A DNA stretch of 64,000 nucleotides from NCBI GenBank assembly GCA_963674745.2, contig CAXXDV010000001.1, positions 1,216,001-1,280,000 on the forward strand, read 5' to 3'. The stretch is from Desulfosudaceae bacterium. Its GTDB lineage: Bacteria; Desulfobacterota; Desulfobacteria; Desulfobacterales; Desulfosudaceae. Shown one piece after another: positions 45,801 to 56,482 of this stretch. Below the pieces are notes generated by a model. That model had not been told where the DNA came from, made no database searches, and saw only the letters and a list, made by a program, of their open reading frames with translations. A program made the translations under genes and the position numbers. Positions within the stretch are counted from its first letter, which is position 1. Each line of letters begins with the position of its first letter.

Positions 45801-47528
45801 ATGAAAGTCTCGATCGCAAAAACATCCGGTTTTTGCATGGGGGTCCGCCGGGCGGTCGACATGGTCCTGGACGCGGCCAACAAATATGACGGCCCCATTC
45901 AAACCTACGGCCCGCTCATCCACAACCCGCAGGTGCTTTCCCTTCTGGAAGAGAAACGCATTTCCGTCATGGAAACCATTCCGGAAAAAGGGGCCGGCAT
46001 TGCCCTCGTCCGGGCCCACGGTGTTCCGCCGGAAAGCACCCGGGCCCTGGAACAGGCCGGGTTTACGGTGATTGACGCCACCTGCCCCCGGGTCATCAAA
46101 GTACAGACCATCATCAGAAAATATGCGGAACAGGGATACGCCTGTATTATTGTCGGGGATGAAGATCATCCGGAAGTCATGGGGCTGCTTGGTTTTGCCG
46201 GCGAAAACGGACATGCCGTCAACACGCTGGATGAAATAAAACGCCTTCCGGCATTTGAAAAAGCCATTATTGTGGCGCAAACAACGCAAAGCGTGCCTCT
46301 GTTTGAACAGGTTACCGCCTGGGCCGCCGAACACCATCCCCACTACCAGGTATTTAACACCATTTGTCCGTCTACCAGGGATCGACAGGCCGAGACAAAA
46401 CAGCTGGCGGACAAGGTAGATGTCATTATCGTGGTCGGCGGCCAGAACAGCGGCAACACCCAGCGCCTGGCCCAGATATCCGAACAAAGCGGAAAACCGG
46501 TTTTTCACGTGGAAACCAGCGCCGACCTTGACGTTAACGCCCTGGCCAAAGCCTCACACATCGGTATCACGGCCGGGGCTTCAACCCCCAACTGGATCAT
46601 CACCAAAATTTTCCGCGAACTCGAGGCGGCACATTACAAATCCAAGGGCCGCATCGCCCGCTATCTGTTCAAATTTCAACGCCTGCTGATGCTGACCAAT
46701 ATCTATCTGGCCATTGGCGCGGCTTTTTTATGTTATTGTGCGTCTCAACTCCGCTTTGCCGATCTGTCCATGCCGCATATTATCATTGCCCTTCTGTATG
46801 TTTTTTCCATGCACACCTTAAACCGCCTGACCGGCATTGAAGAAGACCGTTACAACGATCCTTATCGTGCGGTTTTTTATGAAGAGCACATGTTTCTCCT
46901 GGCCGCCATGGCTATTGCCGCCGGCGCAGTCGGGCTGCTGGTGGCCTTTACGCTCGGGCCGTTTCCATTTCTGATGCTTCTGGTCATGAGCCTGCTGGGG
47001 CTGTCATACAACCTTTTTCTGGTTCCGGACCGCTTTTCGCATTTTCGGATTCGTCGCATCAAGGACATTCCCGGATCCAAAACCCTGTTAATTTCCATGG
47101 CCTGGGGTATCGTAGTGTGCGCCTTTCCGGCGGCCGCCTCCGGATCACTCAACCTGGCGGCCGGTTTAACCGCTGCCTGGTGTATGGGTATCGTTTTCGT
47201 ACGGTCCGCTTTCTTTGATATCATTGCCATGCAGGGAGACCGGATCGCCGGAAAGGAGACCATACCCATTCTTCTGGGAGCGGACAAGGCCCTGCGGTTT
47301 TTGAAATTTGTGTTGGCCGTCCTGTTTGTTCTATTACCGGTGGGGGGGGTATTCGGTGTTGTTTCCGGTCTGGGATACGCTTTGCCGATTCTGTCCTTAA
47401 CCGGCTATGGCCTGCTTTCCGCCTACAAAAAGCAAACCCTTCAAAGCGGCAACCGGCTTGAGTTTCTGGTGGAAAGCCAGTTTGTTCTGGCCGGTCTGAT
47501 CAGCCTGGCCTGGGCCGTTCTTTTTTAA
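45801..47528 (+). CDS. ispH: 4-hydroxy-3-methylbut-2-enyl diphosphate reductase fused to a UbiA-like membrane domain
   Basis: GFCMGVRRA, IHN, AHG, DATCP, HPEV, QTT, TIC, SGNT, TAGASTP; C-terminal multi-TM domain. Confidence 0.93.
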   Translation: MKVSIAKTSGFCMGVRRAVDMVLDAANKYDGPIQTYGPLIHNPQVLSLLEEKRISVMETIPEKGAGIALVRAHGVPPESTRALEQAGFTVIDATCPRVIKVQTIIRKYAEQGYACIIVGDEDHPEVMGLLGFAGENGHAVNTLDEIKRLPAFEKAIIVAQTTQSVPLFEQVTAWAAEHHPHYQVFNTICPSTRDRQAETKQLADKVDVIIVVGGQNSGNTQRLAQISEQSGKPVFHVETSADLDVNALAKASHIGITAGASTPNWIITKIFRELEAAHYKSKGRIARYLFKFQRLLMLTNIYLAIGAAFLCYCASQLRFADLSMPHIIIALLYVFSMHTLNRLTGIEEDRYNDPYRAVFYEEHMFLLAAMAIAAGAVGLLVAFTLGPFPFLMLLVMSLLGLSYNLFLVPDRFSHFRIRRIKDIPGSKTLLISMAWGIVVCAFPAAASGSLNLAAGLTAAWCMGIVFVRSAFFDIIAMQGDRIAGKETIPILLGADKALRFLKFVLAVLFVLLPVGGVFGVVSGLGYALPILSLTGYGLLSAYKKQTLQSGNRLEFLVESQFVLAGLISLAWAVLF

Positions 47529-47542
47529 ATCACGCAATTAAC

Positions 47543-48184
47543 TTATTTTGCCTGGCGGGAATCTTTGTCCCGTTTACCGAAAAACGGCGGTTCTTCTCTC
47601 TTGACCAGCCGGATGATATTGTCTTTATGCCGTGCCACCACCACCAACCCGACAATAAAGGCGCCGGCGCACAAGACCGCGCTTGATGAAAACCACCAGA
47701 CCGCCGGAGCAAGAGTAATGGCAGCGGACATGGACCCGGCCGAAACCCGGCGGGAAAAAAGGACGACCAGCGCGAACACGACTACGGCTGTCAGGCAGGC
47801 CAGGGGTGAAATGACCAGAAAGCAGCCGGCAGCGGTGGCCACGCCCTTACCGCCGCCGCTGAGTTTCGTGTACACCGGAAACATATGGCCTCCGACTGCG
47901 GCCAGGGTCGCCACGGTCATGGAAAAAGACGCCTCTGCCGGGCCCAGTTTGCCGGCCAGAAAAACCGGCAGCGCGCCTTTAACCAGATCAAGGGCCAGGG
48001 TAAACAGACCCAGCCGCATACCGGCCACCCGGGCCACATTGGTGGCGCCAATATTGCCGCTGCCTTTTTGGCGAATGTCCTGCCCTGAAAAAACCCTGGT
48101 TACCAGCACACCGGACGGAATGGATCCCATCAGATAGGCCAGTATAAATATAATGCCGTATCCGGCTAAACCTGTTATTTCCAT
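47543..48184 (-). CDS. plsY: Glycerol-3-phosphate acyltransferase PlsY
   Basis: GSIP, GSGNIGATN, DLVKG, GHMFP, GGKGVAT, RHKDNIIRL. Confidence 0.95.
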   Translation of the reverse strand: MEITGLAGYGIIFILAYLMGSIPSGVLVTRVFSGQDIRQKGSGNIGATNVARVAGMRLGLFTLALDLVKGALPVFLAGKLGPAEASFSMTVATLAAVGGHMFPVYTKLSGGGKGVATAAGCFLVISPLACLTAVVVFALVVLFSRRVSAGSMSAAITLAPAVWWFSSSAVLCAGAFIVGLVVVARHKDNIIRLVKREEPPFFGKRDKDSRQAK

Positions 48185-48288
48185 GTGCTCACTGTTTTTT
48201 AAATTCGGTTGAAACGGTTGCTTATAACGCGTATCCTTTTTAAGACACCCTTTAATTATCAAAACCGGACAGAGAGAACAAGCCTGCC

Positions 48289-48588
48289 ATGATAAAACCG
48301 GTAAAAATTGCCATTACGGATGAGCTTGACCTGCATACGTTCCGGCCGGAAGAAGTAGAAGATCTGCTGAAAGAATACTTTACGGAATGTATTAAGCTGC
48401 ACCTTTTCACGGTAAGGGTGGTTCATGGAAAAGGAACGGGGATGTTAAAAAAACGGGTGCAGGCCGCTTTGAAAAAAAATCCCCTGGTAGTCTCTTTTTC
48501 TGACGCCCGGCCTGAAGCCGGGGGCTGGGGAGCAACCATGGTAACGCTTGATCCTTCTTTTTCTGCTGACACCGGCACAACCTGCTGA
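48289..48588 (+). CDS. Smr-domain protein
   Basis: ELDLHTF, VVHGKGTG, GGWGAT. Confidence 0.92.
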   Translation: MIKPVKIAITDELDLHTFRPEEVEDLLKEYFTECIKLHLFTVRVVHGKGTGMLKKRVQAALKKNPLVVSFSDARPEAGGWGATMVTLDPSFSADTGTTC

Positions 48589-48763
48589 TCAAACCATGAC
48601 TTTCTTGTAAATAACAAAACCATGCGCGCTTTTGGATCTGTCCAAAAGAAGGCCGGCTGGAACGCTAATCACATAACCACTTAAACACATAAGCGCATAA
48701 ACATTTAAGCACCACCATTACTTCCCGGTTTGGCTCCGGGCTGTGCCCGGTCAGGACGCCGAC

Positions 48764-48813
48764 AAAAAAAACCGGCATACCCGAAAGCTCAGATATGCCG
48801 GTTTTATTTTTTT
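48764..48813 (-). terminator. Terminator of the thiolase operon (bidirectional form)
   Basis: AAAACCGGCATA...TATGCCGGTTTT with A/T tails. Confidence 0.8.
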
Positions 48814-48836
48814 AAGTGTTGATTAAAAACAGATTA

Positions 48837-50012
48837 CTAAACTTTTTCAACCAGCAGGGCGCCGCCGTTTCCAAACGCGCCGCAAAGTGAGGCCAGACCG
48901 TATTTTTCATCCGGAAAATCGGTCTTCAAAACGTTCAGCAGCGTTACGATAATGCGGGCACCGGATTCTCCCAGAGGATGGCCAAGCGCAATCGCACCGC
49001 CCCAGACATTGACCTTGTCAAACGGGGCATTGTCTTTGTCCAGTTTCAGCTCCCGAATACAGGCCAGGGACTGACTGGCAAACGCTTCGTTCAACTCAAT
49101 GGCGCCGATGTCAGCCGGTGTCAGGCCGGTTCTCTTGAACAGCTTTTCCACGGCCGGAACCGGGGCCATGCCCATCATTGTGGGATCGCATCCACCCAGG
49201 CTACCATAACTGTATTTGTGCGTATAGGTGCAGCCCAGTTCATCGGCCTTTTTGCGGCTCATCATCAGCAGGCAGCAGGCGCCCTGGGTCAGGGGGGATG
49301 ATGTGGCCGCGGTAACGTTACCGTCGGGTTTAAACGGAGAAACCATGGCGGCCATTTTGGCGGGATCGGTTTTGTCCCGGATCCACTGGTCATGCTCCAC
49401 CAGAAACTCCTTGCCTTCCATATCAAGGCCGGTCACCGGAATGATTTCATTCTTGAACTTGCCGGCATCCCGGGCAGCCGCGGCTTTTTTGTTCGACCAG
49501 ATGGCCATGTTGTCCATGTCTTCACGGGCGACTTTGTAAACCTCGGCGACCTTTTCCGCTGTCGCGCCCATGGGGAAATCCATCAGGTTATAACGATCAA
49601 ACAACCGGGGCGGGAAATCCATGTTGGCGCCCATGGCCACTTTTTCCATATCCTCGACGCCGGCGGCGATCATGATGTCTGTTTCACCGGTCATAATGGC
49701 GCGGGCGGCGTGCATGGTAGCCGCCATGCCGGACGGGCACTGGTTGGTTATGGTGTTACTGGGAACACTTTCCGGATAACCCCCGGCCAGCCAGCCCAGA
49801 CGGCCGATATCGTTCTGCATGCCGGAGGGATTGGCGCAGCCGACTAAAACCGCATCCACGTCTTCCGGCTTTACCTGTTTGTTTCTTTCAAACAGACCAT
49901 CATAAACGGCGGTAAGCATTTGATCCGGTCTTAAGTTCCGAAACCAGCCCTTTTCGGCATGGGCACGGCCATTGGGTGTTCTAACGCCATCAACAAATAC
50001 ACATTCTTCCAT
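48837..50012 (-). CDS. Thiolase (acetyl-CoA C-acyltransferase)
   Basis: RTP, QCPSG, ELNEAFA, GGAIALGHPLGESG, SLCGAFG. Confidence 0.95.
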   Translation of the reverse strand: MEECVFVDGVRTPNGRAHAEKGWFRNLRPDQMLTAVYDGLFERNKQVKPEDVDAVLVGCANPSGMQNDIGRLGWLAGGYPESVPSNTITNQCPSGMAATMHAARAIMTGETDIMIAAGVEDMEKVAMGANMDFPPRLFDRYNLMDFPMGATAEKVAEVYKVAREDMDNMAIWSNKKAAAARDAGKFKNEIIPVTGLDMEGKEFLVEHDQWIRDKTDPAKMAAMVSPFKPDGNVTAATSSPLTQGACCLLMMSRKKADELGCTYTHKYSYGSLGGCDPTMMGMAPVPAVEKLFKRTGLTPADIGAIELNEAFASQSLACIRELKLDKDNAPFDKVNVWGGAIALGHPLGESGARIIVTLLNVLKTDFPDEKYGLASLCGAFGNGGALLVEKV

Positions 50013-50047
50013 AACAGCTCCTCTCTTCAGATAAGTTCTCTTTTGAA

Positions 50048-51907
50048 TTATTTCTTTATTTTGTCTGTAAACGCTTCCTGAGCCATGGCCCGCACTTTTT
50101 TCTTGTCCAGTTTCTGAACCTCGGTCAGCGGCATATTTTCAACAATCTCCACCGCCTTGGGAACCGCGTACTTGGCCACCTGTTCTTTTAGAAAATTTAT
50201 AATGTCTTCGGGTTTCAACAAATCCATTTGATCCGCTTTTGGTTGCACATAAGCCACCACCCGCTCGCTGCCCTCTCTCTCCGGATCCGGAATACCGACC
50301 GTGGCCGCCATCTCCACCTGAGGATGGGAGCACAAAATATCATCAATCTCTCTTGTATATACTTTGTAGCCTGAAACATTGACCATGTCCTTGGTCCGGT
50401 CAACAATATAAAAATAGCCGTCCTCATCCACCTTGACCACGTCACCGGTCCGGACATAACCTTTTTCATCCAGTCCGCTGCCGGGATCCGGCCAGTAGCC
50501 CAGCATCCGTTGCGGGCCCTTGAGACACATTTCGCCTCTTTTACCGGCCAGGATATCCGCCTCTGAAAGCTGAGTTCCGGAATCCACGTCAATCAACACA
50601 ATCTCGGTGTCCGGAAAGGGAATGCCCACAGCGCCTCTTTTTTCGCTGGTTTTCTTTTTCTTTTTTTCGCTGCCCGTACTTTTTACTTTAAACGAAATAA
50701 ACTTTCCGGCGACGGTTCCGATGGTTTTACTTCCCACCATTCGTAATGCCTGATTGGTAATCGGCGTTACGCCGGGCAACCCCAGAAAAGTACTGTTCAA
50801 CCGCTGCGGAATACGCCCTCCGGCCAGCCGCAACAAAAAAGAGGTGTTCAGATGGGTGCAGGGAGACATTTCCGAAAGGCCATAGCCCTCCATGATGGCA
50901 CCGCTGGACTTTTTCTCAAACGCCTCCTGGGTACTCGGCGGCAGGGGGGCGGAACCGGAAACGGCCAGCATGCCGAGACCTTCCATTTCTTCCTGGGCGA
51001 TTTTCAAAAACTGAGTGGGAACACCCATCTGCATGAGCGGCCGATACTCTTTGATCATGTCCACCATTATTTTGGTGTCACGCGCGTCCGTGATCAGAAT
51101 CTGATCTGCACCCAGAATCGTCAACACATGCATAATAATATGACCATATGAATGAAACATGGGCAGCCCGTTTAAAACCGAAATAGCCCCTCTTATAACC
51201 CTGCTGGCCCCGCCCTGGGCCCAGCTCGACTGGATGGCGTTGGCGTAAACATTTCGGTGGGTCAGCATGCATCCCTTGGGCAGGCCGGTGGTACCACCGG
51301 TAAACAGCAGCAACTCCAAATCCTTTTCCACATCGAACTGAATCGTGGGGGGAGTGGGTTGTGACTCGGCGATCAGATCACTCATCCAGAAAGCATTGGG
51401 AATATCAAGCTTTTCATGGCTTGCCGGTGGCGCCAGGGAATAATCATCCAGGCTGGTGACAATAAGAAACTCGATGGCTGTTTTTTCCATGACGGCTTTG
51501 GCCAGGTCAAGGTATTCATCCAGACAGATCAGTGCCCTGGGCGTCCCTTTTCCGAATTTGTGCTCCAGGTTGGCCGGGGGTTCCAGGTTGCTGCTGGGAA
51601 TCTGGACCAGGCCCGCCTTGGCAATACCATAATCCGCTATCACAAACTGAATGGATGTCGGCAGAAGGGTTGCCACCCGATCACCCTTTTTCAGCCCTTT
51701 TGCGGCCAGGGCCGCCGCCAGACGATCCGCATGATCCTTGACCTCGGGATAGGTCATCTTAAACTTGTTTTGAATGACACCTGTCCGCTTGAACTTCCGG
51801 GCGGCCTCGTCCAGAATGTCACCGACCGGTTTGTCCGGATAAGGGGCCAGTGTTTCGGGAATACCGAAAACTTTGTACTCTTTAAACCACGGCATTTTCG
51901 CAGTCAA
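50048..51907 (-). CDS. Long-chain fatty-acid--CoA ligase
   Basis: FTGGTTGLPKG, EGYGLSE, TGD, IVDRTKD, QKLDKK. Confidence 0.93.
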   Translation of the reverse strand: MTAKMPWFKEYKVFGIPETLAPYPDKPVGDILDEAARKFKRTGVIQNKFKMTYPEVKDHADRLAAALAAKGLKKGDRVATLLPTSIQFVIADYGIAKAGLVQIPSSNLEPPANLEHKFGKGTPRALICLDEYLDLAKAVMEKTAIEFLIVTSLDDYSLAPPASHEKLDIPNAFWMSDLIAESQPTPPTIQFDVEKDLELLLFTGGTTGLPKGCMLTHRNVYANAIQSSWAQGGASRVIRGAISVLNGLPMFHSYGHIIMHVLTILGADQILITDARDTKIMVDMIKEYRPLMQMGVPTQFLKIAQEEMEGLGMLAVSGSAPLPPSTQEAFEKKSSGAIMEGYGLSEMSPCTHLNTSFLLRLAGGRIPQRLNSTFLGLPGVTPITNQALRMVGSKTIGTVAGKFISFKVKSTGSEKKKKKTSEKRGAVGIPFPDTEIVLIDVDSGTQLSEADILAGKRGEMCLKGPQRMLGYWPDPGSGLDEKGYVRTGDVVKVDEDGYFYIVDRTKDMVNVSGYKVYTREIDDILCSHPQVEMAATVGIPDPEREGSERVVAYVQPKADQMDLLKPEDIINFLKEQVAKYAVPKAVEIVENMPLTEVQKLDKKKVRAMAQEAFTDKIKK

Positions 51908-51988
51908 AGCTCACTCCTTCTGTTGACGGGTTTATAAAAAAAATAACCATATGGGATGAACGTACGACAAGTCAGTTTTTAATGCTAA

Positions 51989-52549
51989 TTATGTAAACAG
52001 TGGCTGGGTCTGCATGGCAAAGGCCATATCGCCTTCAATCTGCATCCCGCCGGACATAAAAAGGTTAACCGGGTTGGTCTCTTTTTTCACCAGGGCTATG
52101 GAATCGGACATTTTCATCTTAAACGTCGCCTTGGGGGTATCGGCACCGTTCAATACTGTGGCAATGCTAACGACACTGCCGTCATCATTGGCGAGTTCGG
52201 CGACCATTGTTCCTTTCAGACCCTGCAGCGCCTGATATTTTTTCTTGTTCAGATCGCTCTGAATGCCCAGGAGCATGTCAAGGCTGTCGGTCTCAATCAT
52301 TTTCTGCAGGTCACCTTCGGCAATCTCAATAAGGACCATAGCACTGTCAAGATCGCCTTCTTTAACGTCAAAGTCGGTCCCGTTTTTGACCACGTAGCTG
52401 TACTTGGTGCCGGAAACGTCGACCACCATCGTAAGCTCCGTATCCGCCAATTCTGCAGCAGCTCCGCTTTCAGCTATCATTTTTTTGGCCATGTTCGGTG
52501 AAAAATCAAGCAGCAAATCTTTTATACTAATGTCTTTTGGAATATCCAT
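51989..52549 (-). CDS. SCP2 (sterol carrier) domain protein
   Basis: C-terminal NPVNLFMSGGMQIEGDMAFAM. Confidence 0.8.
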   Translation of the reverse strand: MDIPKDISIKDLLLDFSPNMAKKMIAESGAAAELADTELTMVVDVSGTKYSYVVKNGTDFDVKEGDLDSAMVLIEIAEGDLQKMIETDSLDMLLGIQSDLNKKKYQALQGLKGTMVAELANDDGSVVSIATVLNGADTPKATFKMKMSDSIALVKKETNPVNLFMSGGMQIEGDMAFAMQTQPLFT

Positions 52550-52887
52550 TATATTAATTCTCCTCTTTCGGGTTTTTCAAAGCAAAACAAAATTATTAAG
52601 TTATATTCATCCCATATGGTTTCTGTCAACAGAAAGTTAACCTTTAAACTGTCGTCTTTGGCAACTGGCAAAAGAGCGACGCTCCGTATTCACAGGGCTT
52701 TTATCGGCACCACCTCCCATCCAATAACCCATGTCGGCTTTACCGGCTTCGGGTTTAAAGGGCAACACATTTAAAAAAACCTTCGTTTTGACATTTTTTT
52801 ACCGGTTTCATCCTTTTTTAAAACCCGGCCTTGACAAAAAAATGCTTGTGTGTTGACTTTTCTAACTTTATTGTTTACGTTATAAAA

Positions 52888-52903
52888 AACTGACATGTCA
52901 GTT
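52888..52903. promoter_or_regulatory. Perfect 16-bp palindrome, probable TetR operator
   Basis: AACTGACATGTCAGTT in the divergent intergenic region, next to TATAAT (52905). Confidence 0.7.
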
Positions 52904-52959
52904 CTATAATTTAGCCAATCCGTTGTCAACAAAAAAACGGAAAAAAGGACATAAAAAAT

Positions 52960-53580
52960 ATGAAAGCCGAAAAAAGGAAGCAGCTGATACTCTGTTGTGC
53001 CAAAACGCTTTTCTCCACATATGGTTTTTATCGCACCCAGATTTCGGACATTACGAAAAAGGCCAAAATCGCCCGCGGCACGGTATACCAGTACTTTAAC
53101 AACAAAGAGGATATTTTCATCACGCTGCTTGAAAACGCTTATCAGCAATGGGAAATTGCCATATCAAAAGCCGTTTCGGAAACCAACCTGAACACCATAA
53201 CGCCTGTTGATTTCCTAAAACGAAGAATCCGCACAACCGTTGCATTTCTCGTCGCCGACCCGGATATTTGCAACATTGCCATGACCATGGGGTTTGGCCT
53301 GCCGAGCCGGCTGGAATCGGTTACCCGCAGGATCGAAAAAAAAATTGTCATTATTGCCATCAACGACTTCAAGCTGGCATTACATAGCGGTCATGCCCGG
53401 GAAGACCTAAACACCAGACACGTTGCCGAAATGTTGGCCGGGGCTATTTTCTACTGCGTCTACTCGTCGCTTTTGCGGGCAGAAAAAAAGCCAGAGCAGG
53501 TCGATGTCGAAGCCCTGACCGACGAAATTGTCGCCCTTTTCGCACCGGGCATTTTCAAGCTGGAATCCCTAAAGCTGTAA
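52960..53580 (+). CDS. TetR/AcrR-family regulator
   Basis: N-terminal HTH ISDITKKAKIARGTVYQYFNNKEDIF. Confidence 0.95.
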   Translation: MKAEKRKQLILCCAKTLFSTYGFYRTQISDITKKAKIARGTVYQYFNNKEDIFITLLENAYQQWEIAISKAVSETNLNTITPVDFLKRRIRTTVAFLVADPDICNIAMTMGFGLPSRLESVTRRIEKKIVIIAINDFKLALHSGHAREDLNTRHVAEMLAGAIFYCVYSSLLRAEKKPEQVDVEALTDEIVALFAPGIFKLESLKL

Positions 53581-53618
53581 CGTATTTTAAAAAACATCGC
53601 CCTTTTGTTAATTTTCTC

Positions 53619-53646
53619 TTGACAGAAACGGTTTGTAAAATATAAT
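53619..53646 (+). promoter_or_regulatory. Consensus sigma70 promoter of rplU operon
   Basis: TTGACA-16 nt-TATAAT upstream of rplU RBS. Confidence 0.85.
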
Positions 53647-53693
53647 TAACTGTTTTTATAATATAGTGTTATTCCATAAATTAAGGAGTGGTT

Positions 53694-54008
53694 ATGTACG
53701 CGGTAATTGCCACCGGTGGCAAACAGTACCGGGTTGAAAAAGATGACGTTCTGCGGATCGAAAAAATTCCCGGAAATGTAGGGGATTCCGTCTCCTTTGA
53801 CCAGGTCCTGCTGTTTTCTGATAAAGAAAACGTCAGCATAGGACGCCCCCTTCTGGAAAAGGTTACAGTCAAAGGACATATCGTAGAACAGGACCGGGCG
53901 AAAAAAATAATTGTATTTAAGTTCAAGCGCAGAAAACGGTATCGCCGGAAACAGGGGCACAGACAATCGTTCACAGCCATTAAGGTTGACGCCATAGAGG
54001 CTGCCTAA
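53694..54008 (+). CDS. rplU: 50S ribosomal protein L21
   Basis: MYAVIATGGKQYRV...GHRQ. Confidence 0.98.
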   Translation: MYAVIATGGKQYRVEKDDVLRIEKIPGNVGDSVSFDQVLLFSDKENVSIGRPLLEKVTVKGHIVEQDRAKKIIVFKFKRRKRYRRKQGHRQSFTAIKVDAIEAA

Positions 54009-54047
54009 AACGGTTCTGCATTGAATTTTAAAAGTTGAGGTGTTGAT

Positions 54048-54299
54048 ATGGCTCACAAAAAAGCGGGCGGAAGCTCCAGAAACGGTCGAGACAGTCAAGG
54101 TCAGCGACGAGGTGTCAAGCGGTTCGGCGGTGAACAGGTCACCGCGGGCAGCATTATCGTGCGCCAACTGGGTACGAAGTTTCACCCCGGCAACAACGTC
54201 GGACTGGGTAAAGATTATACCCTGTTTGCAAAAATTGACGGTGTCGTCGCCTTTGAAGCTTCGGGTAAGCGAAAAAAAGTCAGTGTTTATGCAGCTTGA
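54048..54299 (+). CDS. rpmA: 50S ribosomal protein L27
   Basis: [16 protein letters not shown]. Confidence 0.98.
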   Translation: MAHKKAGGSSRNGRDSQGQRRGVKRFGGEQVTAGSIIVRQLGTKFHPGNNVGLGKDYTLFAKIDGVVAFEASGKRKKVSVYAA

Positions 54300-55321
54300 A
54301 GTTTATTGACGAAGCCACTATTACAGTCAGTTCCGGCCACGGCGGCAGCGGGTGTGTCAGCTTCAGGCGGGAAAAGTATATCCCGCGGGGCGGACCCGAC
54401 GGCGGTAACGGCGGTAACGGCGGTAATATCATTTTTAAAACAGACACCGGTAAACGCACGCTTCTCGAGTTTCGAACCAAAAGATCTTTTACCGCCCAGA
54501 ACGGGGCCCCGGGTAAAGGCAAACAGCAAACCGGAAAAACCGGTAAAGACACCATCATCTCCTTGCCGCCCGGAACGATCATCAGCGAGGCTGAAACCAA
54601 CCGGGTAATTAAAGACATGGTCCGGCCGGACACGACCTTTGTCTTTCTTAAAGGCGGCCGGGGCGGTAAAGGAAACAAGCATTTCACCAGTTCAACCTAC
54701 CGTTCTCCGAGATTTGCTCAACCAGGCGAACCCGGACAGACCGTAACGCTCAAACTGGAACTGAAAGTTCTGGCCGATATCGGCATTATCGGGCTTCCCA
54801 ATGCCGGTAAGTCCACGCTTCTCAGCGTTATTTCAGCCGCCCGACCCGCTATCAACGATTATCCTTTCACAACCCTGTCGCCAAACCTGGGTATGGTTCA
54901 GGTTAAAAACGGCGAACCTTTCGCCGTTGCCGATATACCCGGCCTGATCGAAGGGGCGCACACGGGTACCGGTCTGGGCATACAGTTTTTAAAGCACATT
55001 GAACGAACCCGCTTTCTGGTTCATTTGATTGATGCCAGTGCCATTGATAATGCCGACCCGTTGAACGGGTTCCGGACGATAAATACCGAACTGGCACAAT
55101 ACGGCAAAAACCTGATGGAAAAGCCTCAGGTGGTCGTGCTTAACAAAACAGATATTCCCGAAGCCGTTGAAAAAGCCGATACATTTATAAAAGCAACCGG
55201 TCTTAAAACCTGTTTTAAAATTTCCGCAGCCACAAAAAACGGTATAGAGGATTTAAAAAACCACCTGTTTGCGCTATTATGCCAATATCATGAACAAGAT
55301 TCGTCACCAGATTCTGAATAA
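54296..55321 (+). CDS. obgE: GTPase ObgE/CgtA
   Basis: [37 protein letters not shown]. Confidence 0.97.
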   Translation: MKFIDEATITVSSGHGGSGCVSFRREKYIPRGGPDGGNGGNGGNIIFKTDTGKRTLLEFRTKRSFTAQNGAPGKGKQQTGKTGKDTIISLPPGTIISEAETNRVIKDMVRPDTTFVFLKGGRGGKGNKHFTSSTYRSPRFAQPGEPGQTVTLKLELKVLADIGIIGLPNAGKSTLLSVISAARPAINDYPFTTLSPNLGMVQVKNGEPFAVADIPGLIEGAHTGTGLGIQFLKHIERTRFLVHLIDASAIDNADPLNGFRTINTELAQYGKNLMEKPQVVVLNKTDIPEAVEKADTFIKATGLKTCFKISAATKNGIEDLKNHLFALLCQYHEQDSSPDSE

Positions 55322-56417
55322 TGCCAGAAGAGTTGTCATCAAAGCGGGAAGCGGCGTTCTGACCGGCCGGCGCGGCCTGAACGACACCGCCATGAAGACC
55401 ATCAGCAAGGGCATCTGTGCGCTGATGGATAGAAACATTGAAGTCATTTATGTTTCCTCCGGCGCCATGGCGGCCGGAGAAAAAAAGCTGGGGTTGACCC
55501 GGCGTCCGACAGAACTGCCGCAACGTCAGGCGGTGGCAGCTACCGGACAGGCCGGTTTGATGATGGCATACGAAAAAGCGTTTGCCCGTTTCGGTAAGCA
55601 GGTCGCTCAGATATTGCTGACCAGCGACGACTTGACCAACCGCAGGCGCTACCTGAACGCCAGAAACACGATTCACACGCTTCTGTCCTGGAAGGTGGTG
55701 CCCATCATTAACGAAAACGATACGGTAGCAACAGAAGAGATCAAACTGGGCGACAATGATAATCTGGCGGCCATGATAACCCTTCTGATGGAAGCCGACA
55801 TTTTGATAAACCTGACGGATATTGACGGGCTCTATGATAAAGATCCGCGTAATGACCCCACGGCCGCACTGATTGACGCTGTGTCGGCTGTTTCTCCGAA
55901 GCTGGAACAGGCGGCGGGAAACATGCCGGGACCCCTGGGCAGGGGCGGTATGCTGAGTAAAGTCAAAGCCGCAAAAAAACTGATGACGGCCGGTATTCCC
56001 ATGATTATCGCCAATGGTCGAAACAACAACATCCTTTTTGACCTTTTTTCCGGTGTGGAAACCGGGACTTTTTTTGAGCCCAAACCGCATAAAATGTCCT
56101 GTAAAAAATGCTGGATCGCTTTCAGTGTAAAACCCAGGGGCGAAATTACGGTTGACGATGGTGCTGCCAACGCTTTGACAAGCCGCGGTAAAAGCCTGCT
56201 TTCCAGCGGAATCACGGACGTAAGCGGTACTTTTACCGTCGGTTCGCCGGTGACCGTAAAAAACCAGTCCGGAGACATCATCGCCACCGGACTGGTAAAC
56301 TATTCGGCCTCGGACATTCGCGCCATAATGGGCTTAAAATCGAGTCAAATCGGAGAAAAACTGGGCTACAAGCCTTACGACGAAGTCATTCACAGAAACA
56401 ACCTGGTTCTTTCCTGA
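55290..56417 (+). CDS. proB: Glutamate 5-kinase
   Basis: VIKAGS, VSSGA, PIINEND, GDNDNL, GGMLSK, PUA domain. Confidence 0.97.
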   Translation: MNKIRHQILNNARRVVIKAGSGVLTGRRGLNDTAMKTISKGICALMDRNIEVIYVSSGAMAAGEKKLGLTRRPTELPQRQAVAATGQAGLMMAYEKAFARFGKQVAQILLTSDDLTNRRRYLNARNTIHTLLSWKVVPIINENDTVATEEIKLGDNDNLAAMITLLMEADILINLTDIDGLYDKDPRNDPTAALIDAVSAVSPKLEQAAGNMPGPLGRGGMLSKVKAAKKLMTAGIPMIIANGRNNNILFDLFSGVETGTFFEPKPHKMSCKKCWIAFSVKPRGEITVDDGAANALTSRGKSLLSSGITDVSGTFTVGSPVTVKNQSGDIIATGLVNYSASDIRAIMGLKSSQIGEKLGYKPYDEVIHRNNLVLS

Positions 56418-56482
56418 TCCCGCCGGACGTTTAAAAAACCCTTTCAGGTGGAACCTTTAACTGTTTTTTAGGGGATTCAAGC

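Noticed and set aside
46500..46518. Second parS-like site (TTTCACGTGGAAA)
   Set aside because: Several mismatches and explained by ispH codons FHVET
54401..54427. 9-bp tandem repeat GGCGGTAAC
   Set aside because: Encodes the normal Gly-rich segment of ObgE
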